NCBI GenBank assembly: GCA_964343575.1
Contig: CAYFJV010000001.1
Span: 410,705-474,704, forward strand
Length of the DNA stretch: 64,000 nucleotides
Direction of reading: 5' to 3'
Source: an uncultured Methanosarcinales archaeon
GTDB taxonomy: Archaea > Nanobdellota > Nanobdellia > Woesearchaeales > GW2011-AR9
Each line of letters opens with the position of its first letter. The stretch's first letter is position 1. Of the stretch, positions 28,840 to 41,385 are shown piece by piece. The position numbers and the translations under genes were made by a program. The notes below the pieces were generated by a model. That model did not search any database and had not been told where the DNA came from. It was given only the letters and a program-made list of their open reading frames with translations.

Positions 28840-29544
28840 ATGGGAGAGGGGTTGTCCAAAATATCAGTAGTGGTTCCTGCCTTTAACGAGGAGAAATACA
28901 TTGAAGGAACAGTTGATGCGCTTCTTAAACAAGACTATTCTAATTATGAGATTGTTATTGTTCCAAATGGTTGCACTGACGGTACAGGAAAAGTTCTGCA
29001 AAAATATATCAAACATAAACATGTGAAAATTAAGAGCTTAAAGGAAGCAAAAGTGAGTAAAGCTCGTAATGCTGGTGCAGCCATCTCAGATGGAGAAACG
29101 CTGGTCTTTTTAGATGCAGACGTGCGTGTAAAAGAAGATTTTTTGAGCGCAGTTATGCAACACCTTAGTGAAGAGCATAGCGTTGCTTCTACTCTTTTTA
29201 CTCCAGACATTAAGAGGCAAAGGTATCTTTTATACAAACACTTCAAGAATGCTGTGCACCAGAGTAAACTTTATAGAGGTAGTGCAGGGAGCATTATCTG
29301 TCGCAAAAAAGAGTTTGATAAACTCGGTGGTTTTGATGAGAGTTTGGTTGTTAAAGAAGATAGTGATTTGATTAAGAGGCTTTGTGCTTATGGAAAGTAC
29401 ACTTGCATTCCACATGAAGTTGAAGTTTCTATGCGCAGACTTGAGAAGTGGGGAAGCTTGAGCACTGGCGCATTCTTTGTTCGAGAATGGGTAAAGAAAA
29501 AGCTCGGCTTTAAACTTACTGATCGCTATGAGGAAGCACGATAA
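28840..29544 (+). CDS. GT2 glycosyltransferase
   Basis: VVVPAFNEE, ARNAGA, FLDAD, GGFDE, ED. Confidence 0.9.
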   Translation: MGEGLSKISVVVPAFNEEKYIEGTVDALLKQDYSNYEIVIVPNGCTDGTGKVLQKYIKHKHVKIKSLKEAKVSKARNAGAAISDGETLVFLDADVRVKEDFLSAVMQHLSEEHSVASTLFTPDIKRQRYLLYKHFKNAVHQSKLYRGSAGSIICRKKEFDKLGGFDESLVVKEDSDLIKRLCAYGKYTCIPHEVEVSMRRLEKWGSLSTGAFFVREWVKKKLGFKLTDRYEEAR

Positions 29545-29576
29545 AACTTATTAACCTTCTTTGCTTTGTTTTCTTC

Positions 29577-30137
29577 ATGATCGTTACTTTGTCAGGTTCT
29601 CCTGGGAGTGGGAAAAGTTCCGTTGCTAAGATGCTTGCAACTCAACTTAGTATGGAGCGTTATTCTAGTGGTGATTTTTTGCGCACAATGGCAAAAGAGC
29701 GTGGTATGCAACTCATTGATCTTCTTCATTTGGCAGAAAAAGATCCCAGCATTGATCAAGAAGCAGATGCACGACAAAAAAAATTTGGCCAAGAAAAAGA
29801 TAACTTTGTCATTGATGGGCGTTTAAGCTTTCTGTTTATTCCCCATTCTGTAAAAATTTTCCTGGGTGCAAATCCCCTCGTACGCGCAAAGCGAATTCTA
29901 AAAGACATTAACGAAGGGAACCGTAGTGAAGAGCAAGCAAGTTGTCTTGAAGATGTTGAAAAAGAAATTTTAGAGCGTGAAGAAAGCGAAAGGTTGCGTT
30001 ACGAAAAGTACTACCATATTAACCCCTATGATACTGCACATTATGACTTGGTTGTTGATACCAGTGATCTTACTATTGGACAGGTGGTTGGAAAAATTAT
30101 TCATTACATTGAGCAGTTAAAATCTAGCCAACTTTAG
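29577..30137 (+). CDS. cmk: Cytidylate kinase (archaeal type)
   Basis: SGSPGSGKS, IDGRL, RYEKYY, YDLVVDT. Confidence 0.88.
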   Translation: MIVTLSGSPGSGKSSVAKMLATQLSMERYSSGDFLRTMAKERGMQLIDLLHLAEKDPSIDQEADARQKKFGQEKDNFVIDGRLSFLFIPHSVKIFLGANPLVRAKRILKDINEGNRSEEQASCLEDVEKEILEREESERLRYEKYYHINPYDTAHYDLVVDTSDLTIGQVVGKIIHYIEQLKSSQL

Positions 30138-30201
30138 TCTCATTCTTGGGGAGCATTGAGGAGCAATAAAGTTTATAAAGCACCCTGGGTGGCTCTCCCC
30201 T

Positions 30202-30948
30202 ATGGCAGAAACTATTAACATTCATGATTTCATTGAAATTGATTATACTGGAAAGATTGCTGGTGGAAAGATTTTTGATACCACTGATGCAAAGGTAGCA
30301 CAAGAAACAGGCTTGCAGCAAAAACAAATCAAATATACTCCCTTTCAGCTTTGTGTTGGAGAAGAACAAATCCTTCCTGGTCTCGATAAAGAACTAGTAG
30401 GTAAAGAGGTTGGAAAATCCTACATTATTTCTTTGAACCCAGAAGATGCTTTTGGAAAGCGTGATGTAAAAAAGGTACAGTTGGTTCCTATCGCCGCATT
30501 TCAAGAACATAACATGAAACCACACCCAGGCATGCAAGTTGATTTTGATGGACGGATTGGCACCATTATGCGTGTTGCAGGTGGAAGAGTTATGGTAAAT
30601 TTTAATCATCCTCTCGCTGGGAGAGAAGTTGAGTATGAAGTGAAGATCTTACGAAAGATCACTGATCCTGCTGAGAAAATTAGTTCTTACTTGGGCAACA
30701 TTTTTCGTCAAGTAAAGAACCTTGGAAAAATTGAAGTCAAAGATGAGGAAGCGACCGTGAAACTTCCTTTTGAACTTCCTGAGCAGTTTAGAACTCATCT
30801 TGAAGGACACTTGGGAAAACTTGTTGGTTTGAAGAAGCTTGCCTTTGCTGTTGACAAGAGTATTGCTGGTGGAGCTGATCTTGCAAAGGTTGCAGAAGAG
30901 GCTAGCGCAGGACACGTGCACGGACCGAACTGTAATCACGAGCATTGA
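30202..30948 (+). CDS. slyD: Long-type FKBP peptidyl-prolyl isomerase (SlyD-like)
   Basis: IFDTT, PEDAFG, VNFNHPLAG; C-terminal HVHGPNCNHEH. Confidence 0.92.
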   Translation: MAETINIHDFIEIDYTGKIAGGKIFDTTDAKVAQETGLQQKQIKYTPFQLCVGEEQILPGLDKELVGKEVGKSYIISLNPEDAFGKRDVKKVQLVPIAAFQEHNMKPHPGMQVDFDGRIGTIMRVAGGRVMVNFNHPLAGREVEYEVKILRKITDPAEKISSYLGNIFRQVKNLGKIEVKDEEATVKLPFELPEQFRTHLEGHLGKLVGLKKLAFAVDKSIAGGADLAKVAEEASAGHVHGPNCNHEH

Positions 30949-31088
30949 TTTTTGTTCCCTTCTTTTTGCTTGATTTCTTCTCTTTCTTTTTGTATCAATA
31001 ATCGATTACAATAAAACTTAAATAGGCTAAAATGGGCTAGATTTCCAGGTCCACAGAGCATTCTTAAGGGACCAAGAGGGTGGTAGCA

Positions 31089-32288
31089 ATGAATGAATAT
31101 AATCCTAATCAACATGCCGGGCAGCAATCTTATTCTAGTAATCAGCAACAACAATCTCAACATAATTCTGTGAGCGCCGCTCCTGCTGGGCAAAGTACTC
31201 CAACGATTCAAACTCAAGAGATCTCTCACCAACAAGCAAACATGGATGTGGATGCTGAGCTTCGTGAACTTATCGAACAGCACAAGACGCGTATCAAAGT
31301 AATTGGTTGTGGAGGAGGAGGAAACAACACCGTCAATCGTATGGCAGAAGTTGGTATTAAGGGAGTGCAAACTATTGCTATTAACACTGATGCTCAAGAT
31401 TTGTTATACACTACTGCCGATAAAAAATTACTTATTGGGAAGGAGCTTACCAAAGGTCTTGGTGCAGGGTCTAACCCTCGTATTGGGGAAGAATCTGCTA
31501 AAGAAAACGAAAGTGAGCTTAAGAAAATGATTGATGGCACCGACATGCTTTTCATCACTTGTGGGCTCGGAGGAGGGACTGGTACTGGTTCAGCTCCTTT
31601 TATGGCAAAGCTTGCTAAAAAGATGGGCATTCTCACTGTTGGTATTGTGACCATTCCTTTTAGCATGGAGGGGAATCACCGATTTGAAAATGCTATGATT
31701 GGTCTTGAGAAGATGGAACAAAGTGTTAATACACTTATTGTTATTCCAAATGAAAAGTTGCTTGATTTGGCTCCACACTTACCCTTGCACACTGCATTTA
31801 AAGTTGCTGATGAAATTTTAACTAACTCTGTGAAAGGCATTGCTGAGTTGGTGACGAAGACAGGGTTGGTTAATTTGGATTTTGCCGATGTGCGCACCAT
31901 TATGGGTGAAGGCGGCGTTGCTATGATTGGCGTTGGTGAGAGTGATTCTGAAGATCGCGCGAATGAAAGCGTACAGAAGGCTCTTGAAAATCCCTTAATC
32001 GATGTTGATATTAGTAACGCAACTGGTGCACTTATTAATATCTCAGGTGGAGAGACTTTGACACTTGATGATTCTCGCAAAATTGTAGAAACTGTTTCTG
32101 ACAAGCTAAGTGATAATGCAAAGATCATTTGGGGAGCGCAGATCTACAAAGATTTAGGAAAAACCTTGCGTACCATGGTCATTGTCACTGGTGTAAAATC
32201 TGAGCAAATCTTTGGGGAAGATAATACTTATTTCTCTCGGAAGAAAAGTGCAATGGAGAATGAGCTTGGCATCGAGTTTGTGAATTAG
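31089..32288 (+). CDS. ftsZ: Cell division protein FtsZ
   Basis: [26 protein letters not shown]; Gln-rich N-terminal extension. Confidence 0.98.
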   Translation: MNEYNPNQHAGQQSYSSNQQQQSQHNSVSAAPAGQSTPTIQTQEISHQQANMDVDAELRELIEQHKTRIKVIGCGGGGNNTVNRMAEVGIKGVQTIAINTDAQDLLYTTADKKLLIGKELTKGLGAGSNPRIGEESAKENESELKKMIDGTDMLFITCGLGGGTGTGSAPFMAKLAKKMGILTVGIVTIPFSMEGNHRFENAMIGLEKMEQSVNTLIVIPNEKLLDLAPHLPLHTAFKVADEILTNSVKGIAELVTKTGLVNLDFADVRTIMGEGGVAMIGVGESDSEDRANESVQKALENPLIDVDISNATGALINISGGETLTLDDSRKIVETVSDKLSDNAKIIWGAQIYKDLGKTLRTMVIVTGVKSEQIFGEDNTYFSRKKSAMENELGIEFVN

Positions 32289-32314
32289 TTTTTTGTTCCG
32301 TTTTCTTGTTTACT

Positions 32315-32794
32315 TTAGCCTAAGTTCCACAACTTATCACCAACAAAATGAATGTTCTTAATCACTTTGCCTTTTGTTTCTGTTTGCATCTGCTCCCCAT
32401 CTAGAAGCGCAATGCCAACTGCAAGTGGCTTACGGTTGTTCTGATCAAGAATCACAATTGCTTCTCCTTCTTGGATCTCTGGATTTATTTCAGTGATTCC
32501 TGGTCGCATGATATCTGCTCCGCTAACCACAAAACGTACGGCACCCATATCTACAACCACTTCTTTGAGAATAAGCTGCTTAAGTAAGAACTTGAGTGTT
32601 GGGATAAGAAGTTCAGTGCCCTCTTTGTTCTTGCTCTTATGGTAGAAGAAAGCAGGAGTATTATTGACTGCATAAAGTTTGATATCTTGCTCTTTATCTT
32701 GCCACAGCTCTACGATATCTTTTTTGTTGAAGATTGTAATGTAATTGGCAACAAGTTTGTTGAGCTCTTTTGCTTTAATGCGAGTCTTTTTCAT
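32315..32794 (-). CDS. PUA-domain RNA-binding protein (DUF1947/MCT-1-like)
   Basis: VDMGAVRFVVSGADIMRPGI, HFVGDKLW. Confidence 0.9.
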   Translation of the reverse strand: MKKTRIKAKELNKLVANYITIFNKKDIVELWQDKEQDIKLYAVNNTPAFFYHKSKNKEGTELLIPTLKFLLKQLILKEVVVDMGAVRFVVSGADIMRPGITEINPEIQEGEAIVILDQNNRKPLAVGIALLDGEQMQTETKGKVIKNIHFVGDKLWNLG

Positions 32795-32837
32795 TTTTTT
32801 TCATTTTGAGAGTGAAGAGATAATAAGAAAAAAAAAG

Positions 32838-34787
<1,950 letters not shown>

Positions 34788-34910
34788 CTAAAATTTTCCC
34801 CTCTTTTTTTTTCGATTTTTGCTTGATTTTGCTGATGAGAATAAGGATTATTTTTTGTCTTTTCTCGTCGATAAATCTTAAGAAATTGGAGGGAAAAGTG
34901 CTTTATAAAC

Positions 34911-35294
34911 TTATTGGTTTTGTGCAGATTGAAGAGCATCCAAGAACCACAAATCTCCATTCGAGGAACGTTCTCTTTCCAACTCTTCGTAGGCCTCAGA
35001 GATGTCCACAGAAACTCCGCCTCTACTAGTCAGAGAGAGTATTTTTGTTCTTAAACCTCCGCGAGCTCCGGACTGAACCGTGTTGTAGGCTGCCTCAAAA
35101 GCGGCTTGCGGAGAAGAGGCAATAAGTGAGAATGTTCTTTCTTGACCATCACCTGCAGTGGAAGAATAAGGAGCAAAACGACAACTAGTTTCTTCGGGGG
35201 CAACTAAGCTGAGGTGGCCATCTGCACGATCCACTGCTTTTTGTGCAATCATAGCTCCCCCAATCAAAAGGTAAACACATTCATAACGTTGCAT
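34911..35294 (-). CDS. Hypothetical Lys-poor protein
   Basis: ORF with upstream TATA-like element; no motif recognised. Confidence 0.55.
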   Translation of the reverse strand: MQRYECVYLLIGGAMIAQKAVDRADGHLSLVAPEETSCRFAPYSSTAGDGQERTFSLIASSPQAAFEAAYNTVQSGARGGLRTKILSLTSRGGVSVDISEAYEELERERSSNGDLWFLDALQSAQNQ

Positions 35295-35381
35295 CTCTCT
35301 GTTAGAAGGAGGGCTTTTTAAAAAACTTGAGATGATTAAGGTTTTTTCTCTTACGAAATGTTTTGTTTTTTAGAGAGAATC

Positions 35382-35861
35382 TTACTCCAACACATAGACA
35401 TTTTGTCCTTCTTCTTGGAATTGTTTTGTAAGCTCTTCACTAAGCTCAAAATCAAAGCGTTCAAGAAAAGTCTCCTTGAAATGCTTCGTCGTGGCGTAGA
35501 TAGGAGCGCTTTTGGCATCATCTACTGCTGAGGAGAAGAGCATGGTCTCGTAGCCTTTGTTTTTCATTTCTGCTTTGAGTATGATCTTGTGGATATGAAC
35601 AAAACTTGGGAATTTGTTTTTGAGAAGGAGCTTTGCTAGGCGGTCTGTTAGAGATTTTTCTTTTTGAAAGAATTTTTTCTCATAAGACATAACAAAGCCT
35701 AAGATCTGTTTGTTATTCTCTTCGTCATCTTCGAGGACAAGAAAACGTTTGTTATCTTTAATCTGAGCTTGCCAGTAAGTTTTTTCTTGATTGTCACCTT
35801 GCTCTTTTGCAATGCTTATTATTTGCTTAAGATCGTCAAGACTAACTGGCCTTATTCTCAT
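35382..35861 (-). CDS. GNAT-fold protein (degenerate)
   Basis: MRIRP..LDDL, ILGFV, MKNKGY; GAGGTG RBS. Confidence 0.65.
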   Translation of the reverse strand: MRIRPVSLDDLKQIISIAKEQGDNQEKTYWQAQIKDNKRFLVLEDDEENNKQILGFVMSYEKKFFQKEKSLTDRLAKLLLKNKFPSFVHIHKIILKAEMKNKGYETMLFSSAVDDAKSAPIYATTKHFKETFLERFDFELSEELTKQFQEEGQNVYVLE

Positions 35862-35949
35862 GAAACCTTACACCTCTTGGTTAGTTAGGGAAGAAAAAGA
35901 GTATTTAAGCTCTGCGTTTAGATCTTTTGAAGGTTTTTGGAGTTGGAAG

Positions 35950-36570
35950 CTACCACCAGTTCCAGAGTTTTGTTACCGCATAAGTTAGAGAGATGCCAAT
36001 GAAAAGGCTTAAGCTGGCATCTGAGGAAGAAGTGCCATAAAGTGAAAAAAGCTCATCAATACATTGTTCATAGTGAGCTGCTTGAATTTCTCCTTGAATA
36101 TCAACTTGCTCGTGGAGACGATCTCTTCCATTTTCTATATAAGCTTCTCCTGTTCCTTGAATCTCAAGAAGAGTTTGTTCTTCAACAAGAGCAACCGCAC
36201 CATCAATTGTTGCGTCTACAAGCCCATGGCTTACAAAAGTTCCCAAATCAGGAGGAACTGTTCTGACTATATCTCCAAAAGAAGAATCTCCATTGTATCT
36301 TGCATTTTGAATCCCAAGAAAAATGATGCCACTTGAAGTCAAATAAGGACTAGCAGCGTTTAGCGCTCCCCCAGTCCACCTTAGCCAAGGATTTCTTCTA
36401 GCTGGAGAAAGTTCTTCTGCTTGATAGTCTGGATCGTAACCTGCTTTTTCTCTTGCAACATCACCCAAGCGCACAACAGTTGTTCCAGAATAGCCAGGAC
36501 AGTTAACCTCCTCAACACGAGTCAATTCCCTTTGTCTTTTCCCACTAAAATCGTAATCGTGAAATGCCAT
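35950..36570 (-). CDS. Hypothetical Lys-poor protein with C-terminal hydrophobic anchor
   Basis: 206-aa ORF; no motif recognised. Confidence 0.6.
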   Translation of the reverse strand: MAFHDYDFSGKRQRELTRVEEVNCPGYSGTTVVRLGDVAREKAGYDPDYQAEELSPARRNPWLRWTGGALNAASPYLTSSGIIFLGIQNARYNGDSSFGDIVRTVPPDLGTFVSHGLVDATIDGAVALVEEQTLLEIQGTGEAYIENGRDRLHEQVDIQGEIQAAHYEQCIDELFSLYGTSSSDASLSLFIGISLTYAVTKLWNWW

Positions 36571-36665
36571 TTTACAAAGTATTTTTCTTTGTTTTTTGGC
36601 GAAATTGATTTGTTTATAAGTCTTTCTTTCTAGAAAAACAATTTAGAAGAAGGCAAAAAAAATAT

Positions 36666-37631
36666 TTATGCCTCGTCAGTTCTCCAATGTGGGTCCACTT
36701 GCATATCACGAATCTGATTTCTTCGCATAAAACCTTCCCAAGCAATCATTGCACCTTGATCTCCTGCAAGATCCATTGGAACTTTAAAGAAAGTAGCACC
36801 ACGTTCCCTACACATGATCTCAAGCATTTGACAAAAACGTTTGTTTGCTCCCACGCCACCAACAAGAATGAGCTCTTTCTTTCCAGTATGCGCTAAGGCG
36901 CGCTCAGCAACTTCAGCGCACATGGCAAAAGCTGTTTCTTGTATGCTCAAGCAAAGATCTTCTTTGCTTGCTTGTTCTCTCTCAAAAAGTTGCTTTGCTT
37001 TGGTAAGCACTCCTGAAAAACTCATATCCATGCCCTTCACGGCATAAGGTAAGGCAACATACTTTGCTCCCTCTGATTTGGCAAGCTTTTCTATCTCTGG
37101 GCCTGCTGGAAAACCAAGACCAATAATTCTTCCAAACTTATCGAGCATGTTTCCTAAACCATTGTCAAGCGTTTCACCAACAATGCGATATTGTCCGCCT
37201 TCTTGCACAATGATTTGCGTATTCACACCAGAAACGTAAAGGTAGACAGGATCTTTTGCTTTGTTGATAATTTTTCCAATGCTTAAGTGTGCACAACAAT
37301 GATTAACTGGAACGAGAGAAATATTGTGTTTCTCTGAGAGCTCTTTTACAATGTGATAACCTGCCCAGAGTGCAGGGTCTATGCCTGGTCCTGCAGAGTA
37401 GGCAATGTATTCAATGTCCTCCCAAGTAAGCTTTGCTTGCTTGAATGCTTGCTCAAAGATCTTTTCAGCTACTTGCTTGTGATGAGCTGCCATTTCATCT
37501 GGAATCATTCCTTTATCTGGAGAACTATAACTATCCTTAACATTAGTAAGAACTTTGATGCTAGCTTCTTGCGCATCAATAATGCCAACACCAAAGGTGT
37601 GCGCTGTACTTTCTACTCCCAAGATAATCAT
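36666..37631 (-). CDS. kae1: t6A synthesis protein Kae1 (KEOPS)
   Basis: LGVESTAHT, GPG, NHCCAH, GETLD, GGVGAN, WRTD. Confidence 0.96.
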   Translation of the reverse strand: MIILGVESTAHTFGVGIIDAQEASIKVLTNVKDSYSSPDKGMIPDEMAAHHKQVAEKIFEQAFKQAKLTWEDIEYIAYSAGPGIDPALWAGYHIVKELSEKHNISLVPVNHCCAHLSIGKIINKAKDPVYLYVSGVNTQIIVQEGGQYRIVGETLDNGLGNMLDKFGRIIGLGFPAGPEIEKLAKSEGAKYVALPYAVKGMDMSFSGVLTKAKQLFEREQASKEDLCLSIQETAFAMCAEVAERALAHTGKKELILVGGVGANKRFCQMLEIMCRERGATFFKVPMDLAGDQGAMIAWEGFMRRNQIRDMQVDPHWRTDEA

Positions 37632-37699
37632 ATGGTTGGAGAAGAATAAGCTTATTTTAAAAAAGTTAGTCAAAAAAGTGATGAAAGAAAATATGAAAA

Positions 37700-38098
37700 C
37701 TAAATCTCAATACTGTCTCCTGGGTCAAGCTGCAGATACTCATCAAGCGCTTTTTCCATGCAAGATCTGAGCTGCACTACATCCTCGTACCTTGAGCTAC
37801 ACACTTCAGTAAATCTTCCCTTCGCCCGCAACAAAGCTGCATCTTTGGAACTCACTGAGACAAGCTTGCTTGCTTCTCCAGCAATGTTTTCCTGAAGCTC
37901 TGCTACTTCATCACCTGGCGCCTCGTCTGTTTGTGGAGAAAAAGAAACGTAAACTAAAGATGCAAGAACGAGAAATACTATAGCCCAAACAAGGTAATTA
38001 AGATAACTGGTCTCACTTTTTGGAGCTCGAGATTTTCTTGGTTTAGCAGATTTTTTTTGCCTTTTGCTTGCAGTTCTTGTTTTTTTAGCTCTAGCCAT
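37700..38098 (-). CDS. Single-TM protein with basic N-terminus
   Basis: GAGGTG RBS; basic head, TM helix, acidic C-terminus. Confidence 0.6.
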   Translation of the reverse strand: MARAKKTRTASKRQKKSAKPRKSRAPKSETSYLNYLVWAIVFLVLASLVYVSFSPQTDEAPGDEVAELQENIAGEASKLVSVSSKDAALLRAKGRFTEVCSSRYEDVVQLRSCMEKALDEYLQLDPGDSIEI

Positions 38099-38211
38099 AG
38101 TACACCTCTTTGTAGGAGAGAAGGCAAGAGTTGTTTAAAAAGATATCTGAAAAACAGAAGAAAATATGGGTAAATACAGAGAATCAATAAAGAAGTAAAG
38201 AAAAGATAAGC

Positions 38212-38811
38212 TTACTTACTACTTGCTGCCTGACGCTCGATGTCTCGCTTCTTACTGATCGCAGCGCTTTTCACATTCTCTTGAGCTGCTGCAATAATCT
38301 CATCTGCAAGTGCAGCAACAATAGATGTTCTCTTATTGAAAGACTTAGTGTAAGCTCCTTGAGTCATATGTCGCAATGCAAGATCAACTCTTCGCTGAGG
38401 AGCTACCTCAACAGCTTTTGGATACCTTGCTCCACCGTACTCAATTGCAATTACTTCTGCACGTGGCGCAGAATTTTCTACAGCCTTTACGAGAATTTGA
38501 ATTGGATTTTGTTTTAACTTTTCTTCAGCAATGATGAGAGCTTGCTCAACTGTTCGTAGAGCAGTATTTTTCTTACCAGTGTTATGCCCAGAACTCATAA
38601 AGTGTTCTTTACCTTTGTGCCCTGAGTTCATCAACTTAGTTGCTAAACGCTCAACAATAGAAACATGAGATTTATGGAATCGGTTACCAGCATATCTTGC
38701 CCCAGTCTTTGGAACAATTCTTGGATCAAGAGCGATGTAACGAGTAAGTCCTGGATCGGAGACGGTAACTCCATCAATTCCCCATCTGTTGAAAAATTTT
38801 AATTCTACCAT
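38212..38811 (-). CDS. rps7: 30S ribosomal protein uS7
   Basis: AVENSAPR, VAPQRRVDLA; operon position. Confidence 0.97.
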   Translation of the reverse strand: MVELKFFNRWGIDGVTVSDPGLTRYIALDPRIVPKTGARYAGNRFHKSHVSIVERLATKLMNSGHKGKEHFMSSGHNTGKKNTALRTVEQALIIAEEKLKQNPIQILVKAVENSAPRAEVIAIEYGGARYPKAVEVAPQRRVDLALRHMTQGAYTKSFNKRTSIVAALADEIIAAAQENVKSAAISKKRDIERQAASSK

Positions 38812-38891
38812 TTTAATTGTTTACCCTTAAAATGGTGGTCAAAAATCTTGATTTTTGTTCTACCATTTTTGATTGTCTTGCTAGCTTACGC

Positions 38892-39311
38892 TTATCTTCT
38901 TGCCTTCTCTAGTTTACCAGTAAGAAGTGCTCTTAGACTTTGATCATTTACTTTAAGTACTTGCCAACGTACACCAGGAATATCTCCTTTTGCACGTCCC
39001 ATTTTACCACCGATACACTCAACAATTACTTCGTCGTGCTCATTGATCTGCTTCATTGCACCGTCTCCTGGCATAAAAGCAGTGATCTGTTTTCCGTTCT
39101 TTACAAGCTGCACCCTTGCACACTTACGCATAGCAGAGTTTGGCTGCTTCGCTTCAATTTGAACTTTTTCTAGAACGATTGCTTTTGCTTGAGAAGATCC
39201 AGAGAGTGGATCGTGCTTGATTTTCATACGTCTGTTTACGACTTTTTTGGAACTTGCTCTTCGTTTTTTGAGCTTTTTTGCCGCTCCCAGTCCACGTGAT
39301 TTTTTTCCCAT
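38892..39311 (-). CDS. rps12: 30S ribosomal protein uS12
   Basis: [18 protein letters not shown]. Confidence 0.98.
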   Translation of the reverse strand: MGKKSRGLGAAKKLKKRRASSKKVVNRRMKIKHDPLSGSSQAKAIVLEKVQIEAKQPNSAMRKCARVQLVKNGKQITAFMPGDGAMKQINEHDEVIVECIGGKMGRAKGDIPGVRWQVLKVNDQSLRALLTGKLEKARR

Positions 39312-39341
39312 TTTCTTACTTTAATCCTGAATGTTTTCTTT

Positions 39342-39755
39342 TTAAATGATTTTGATCTCTTTCTCGAAATAGCGACGAGACATCTCATTGAGGAGACGCA
39401 AGTTCCTAGCATCGCGTCCTATTAATAAACTTTTTGTTTTTCTATTTGAATCTTTGATGATTATTTCTCCATCAATAACACTGATTTCTTCAACGCTCAA
39501 AGGGTAAATGCAGTTTTTTACGAACCTAGCAGGGTCTTTATTGAACTCAACAATTTTGATGCGCTTCTCGAAACGCTTTTGCGCCTTTTTAACATTTTCC
39601 GCTCCCTTACCAAGAGCCTTTTGAAACATACCAAAAGGGACCACAAAAAAAAGCGTATCCTCTGAAGAAAAACAGCCTTTCACAGGAACCCTTGCAATAC
39701 GCTCAAAAATGGAGGAGAAGGCAAATACTTGCGGATCTAATTTCACTCGTGACAT
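39342..39755 (-). CDS. nusA: Archaeal NusA (KH domains)
   Basis: ALGKGAENV, LIGRDARN; operon position. Confidence 0.9.
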   Translation of the reverse strand: MSRVKLDPQVFAFSSIFERIARVPVKGCFSSEDTLFFVVPFGMFQKALGKGAENVKKAQKRFEKRIKIVEFNKDPARFVKNCIYPLSVEEISVIDGEIIIKDSNRKTKSLLIGRDARNLRLLNEMSRRYFEKEIKII

Positions 39756-39819
39756 CTTGTATACTTCTTTTTTTCAAAAAGGATTATAATAATGTTTAAA
39801 TGTTTAAGGCCTGAAAAAA

Positions 39820-39846
39820 CTCTAAAGCGCAGTTTGCGCTTTTGAG
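39820..39846 (-). repeat. Intergenic hairpin resembling the tRNA-intron hairpin motif
   Basis: Minus strand CTCA-AAAGCGCA-AAC-TGCGCTTT-AGAG. Confidence 0.4.
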
Positions 39847-39866
39847 AATCTCTCTTCTAGCTCTTC

Positions 39867-40148
39867 TTACTCTGCTACTCCAACTACGGAGATAAAGAAA
39901 TTCTTCTTAGCAAGAACTCCAATCTCTTCGTTGTCTTGCTCCAAAGAAACCAGCTCAACCTCGCCGAGGTTAGCATAGTAATCAAGATCATCTCTCAAGG
40001 AAGGAGCAATGTTTTTTGCCATGAAAATTTTCTTTACTTTTCCAGCTTTCATCTGTTTGAGCACAGCATCTCTTCCAATTATAGCTTTACCACTCTGAAG
40101 AACCTGTTTCAATGCAGAAACGTTCTCATCAATTTTTTTCTTAGCCAT
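39867..40148 (-). CDS. rpl30e: 50S ribosomal protein eL30
   Basis: GKAIIG, IFMAKN; lies between rpoA2 and nusA. Confidence 0.9.
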   Translation of the reverse strand: MAKKKIDENVSALKQVLQSGKAIIGRDAVLKQMKAGKVKKIFMAKNIAPSLRDDLDYYANLGEVELVSLEQDNEEIGVLAKKNFFISVVGVAE

Positions 40149-40239
40149 TTTCTCTACTTCTTTAACTTAATTTTTCTTTCCTAAGGACCTGGGCTCTTTT
40201 TAATACTTTCTCTTAACAAGCAACAAGCCCCAAGTCAAA

Positions 40240-41385
40240 CTATTTCATCTTGGTCACTAGACCAGGAAGACCCGTTCCCAAAGGAACTGGTTGGTTAATC
40301 ATCACGTTCTCAACTACGGAGCGAAGGCGATCTTCTTCTCCACCAAGAGCAGCAGTTACAATGTGCTTTAGTGGGGTCTCGAAAGAAGACCTTGCAAGAA
40401 CTGAAGACTTTTCATTCACTACACCAAAACGAGTGATTCCTTTCACATCTCCATCAACACACATAATGTCGGCTACAAGCATAATATGACGAATATCAAT
40501 ATCAAGTCCCTGGGATTCAATTACTTTTCCAACCTCACGAATGATTGCTTCTCTTGCTGCTTCAATTCCCAAAACAGCATAAATTTCGTGAATATCATTA
40601 GATACAGTTCTCTGAGCATCAACTTCTTCTAAAAGCAAGATCTCTTTGAGGTTGGTTCCAGAGGTAAGCACTACAAATTTATCATCACGCTTTACTGGAA
40701 GAACCTGCTTGATACCTTTGATCCCACCGATCTTTACCTTCTTTACTTTTTCACGAATAGTATAAAGATCTTTTAGCTCTCCTGCCTTTCCACTTTTCAT
40801 AGAAAGGACAAAACCAGCCTCGGTCTTGTCAAGATTGAATCCTTTGAACTTTCCTTTAAGCGCCTTAAGCACCTCATCATGCGCAATGTGCATGTTCTCT
40901 AGAAGCTCAGAATCCAAGCTCACTTTGAGCTCCTGCTCCAAAATATTGATGGTAAGATCAGAGATAAGTTCTTCTAAAAGAGTAGATTTAATCTTTGCTG
41001 CAAATTCTTTTACTTTCTCAAGACTGTTGTGTGCATCTTTCAAATAGATCTCAGTCATTGGTGTTTTGATTAACTTTCGCGCATCAAAAATTTCAATGAT
41101 CCGTGGAAGACCCATGGTAACATTCATCTCTGCAATACCTGCGGAGTGAAAAGTGTTCAAAGTCATCTGTGTACCGGGCTCACCAATACTTTCTGCACTC
41201 ACCAGACCCACACATTCTCCTGGGTTTACCTTACTTGCTTCGTAAGCTGCCAGAACCTTTTCCATGATTTCTTGTGCTTCTTTCTTGGTTACAGAGGAAG
41301 GGAGTTGTTCTTCGACTTTAGCAAGTACTGCTGGAGTGAGTTTTTCTGCATAACCTTTGATTAAAGATGAGATTTCAGCTTTCAT
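40240..41385 (-). CDS. rpoA2: RNA polymerase subunit A''
   Basis: [36 protein letters not shown]. Confidence 0.98.
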   Translation of the reverse strand: MKAEISSLIKGYAEKLTPAVLAKVEEQLPSSVTKKEAQEIMEKVLAAYEASKVNPGECVGLVSAESIGEPGTQMTLNTFHSAGIAEMNVTMGLPRIIEIFDARKLIKTPMTEIYLKDAHNSLEKVKEFAAKIKSTLLEELISDLTINILEQELKVSLDSELLENMHIAHDEVLKALKGKFKGFNLDKTEAGFVLSMKSGKAGELKDLYTIREKVKKVKIGGIKGIKQVLPVKRDDKFVVLTSGTNLKEILLLEEVDAQRTVSNDIHEIYAVLGIEAAREAIIREVGKVIESQGLDIDIRHIMLVADIMCVDGDVKGITRFGVVNEKSSVLARSSFETPLKHIVTAALGGEEDRLRSVVENVMINQPVPLGTGLPGLVTKMK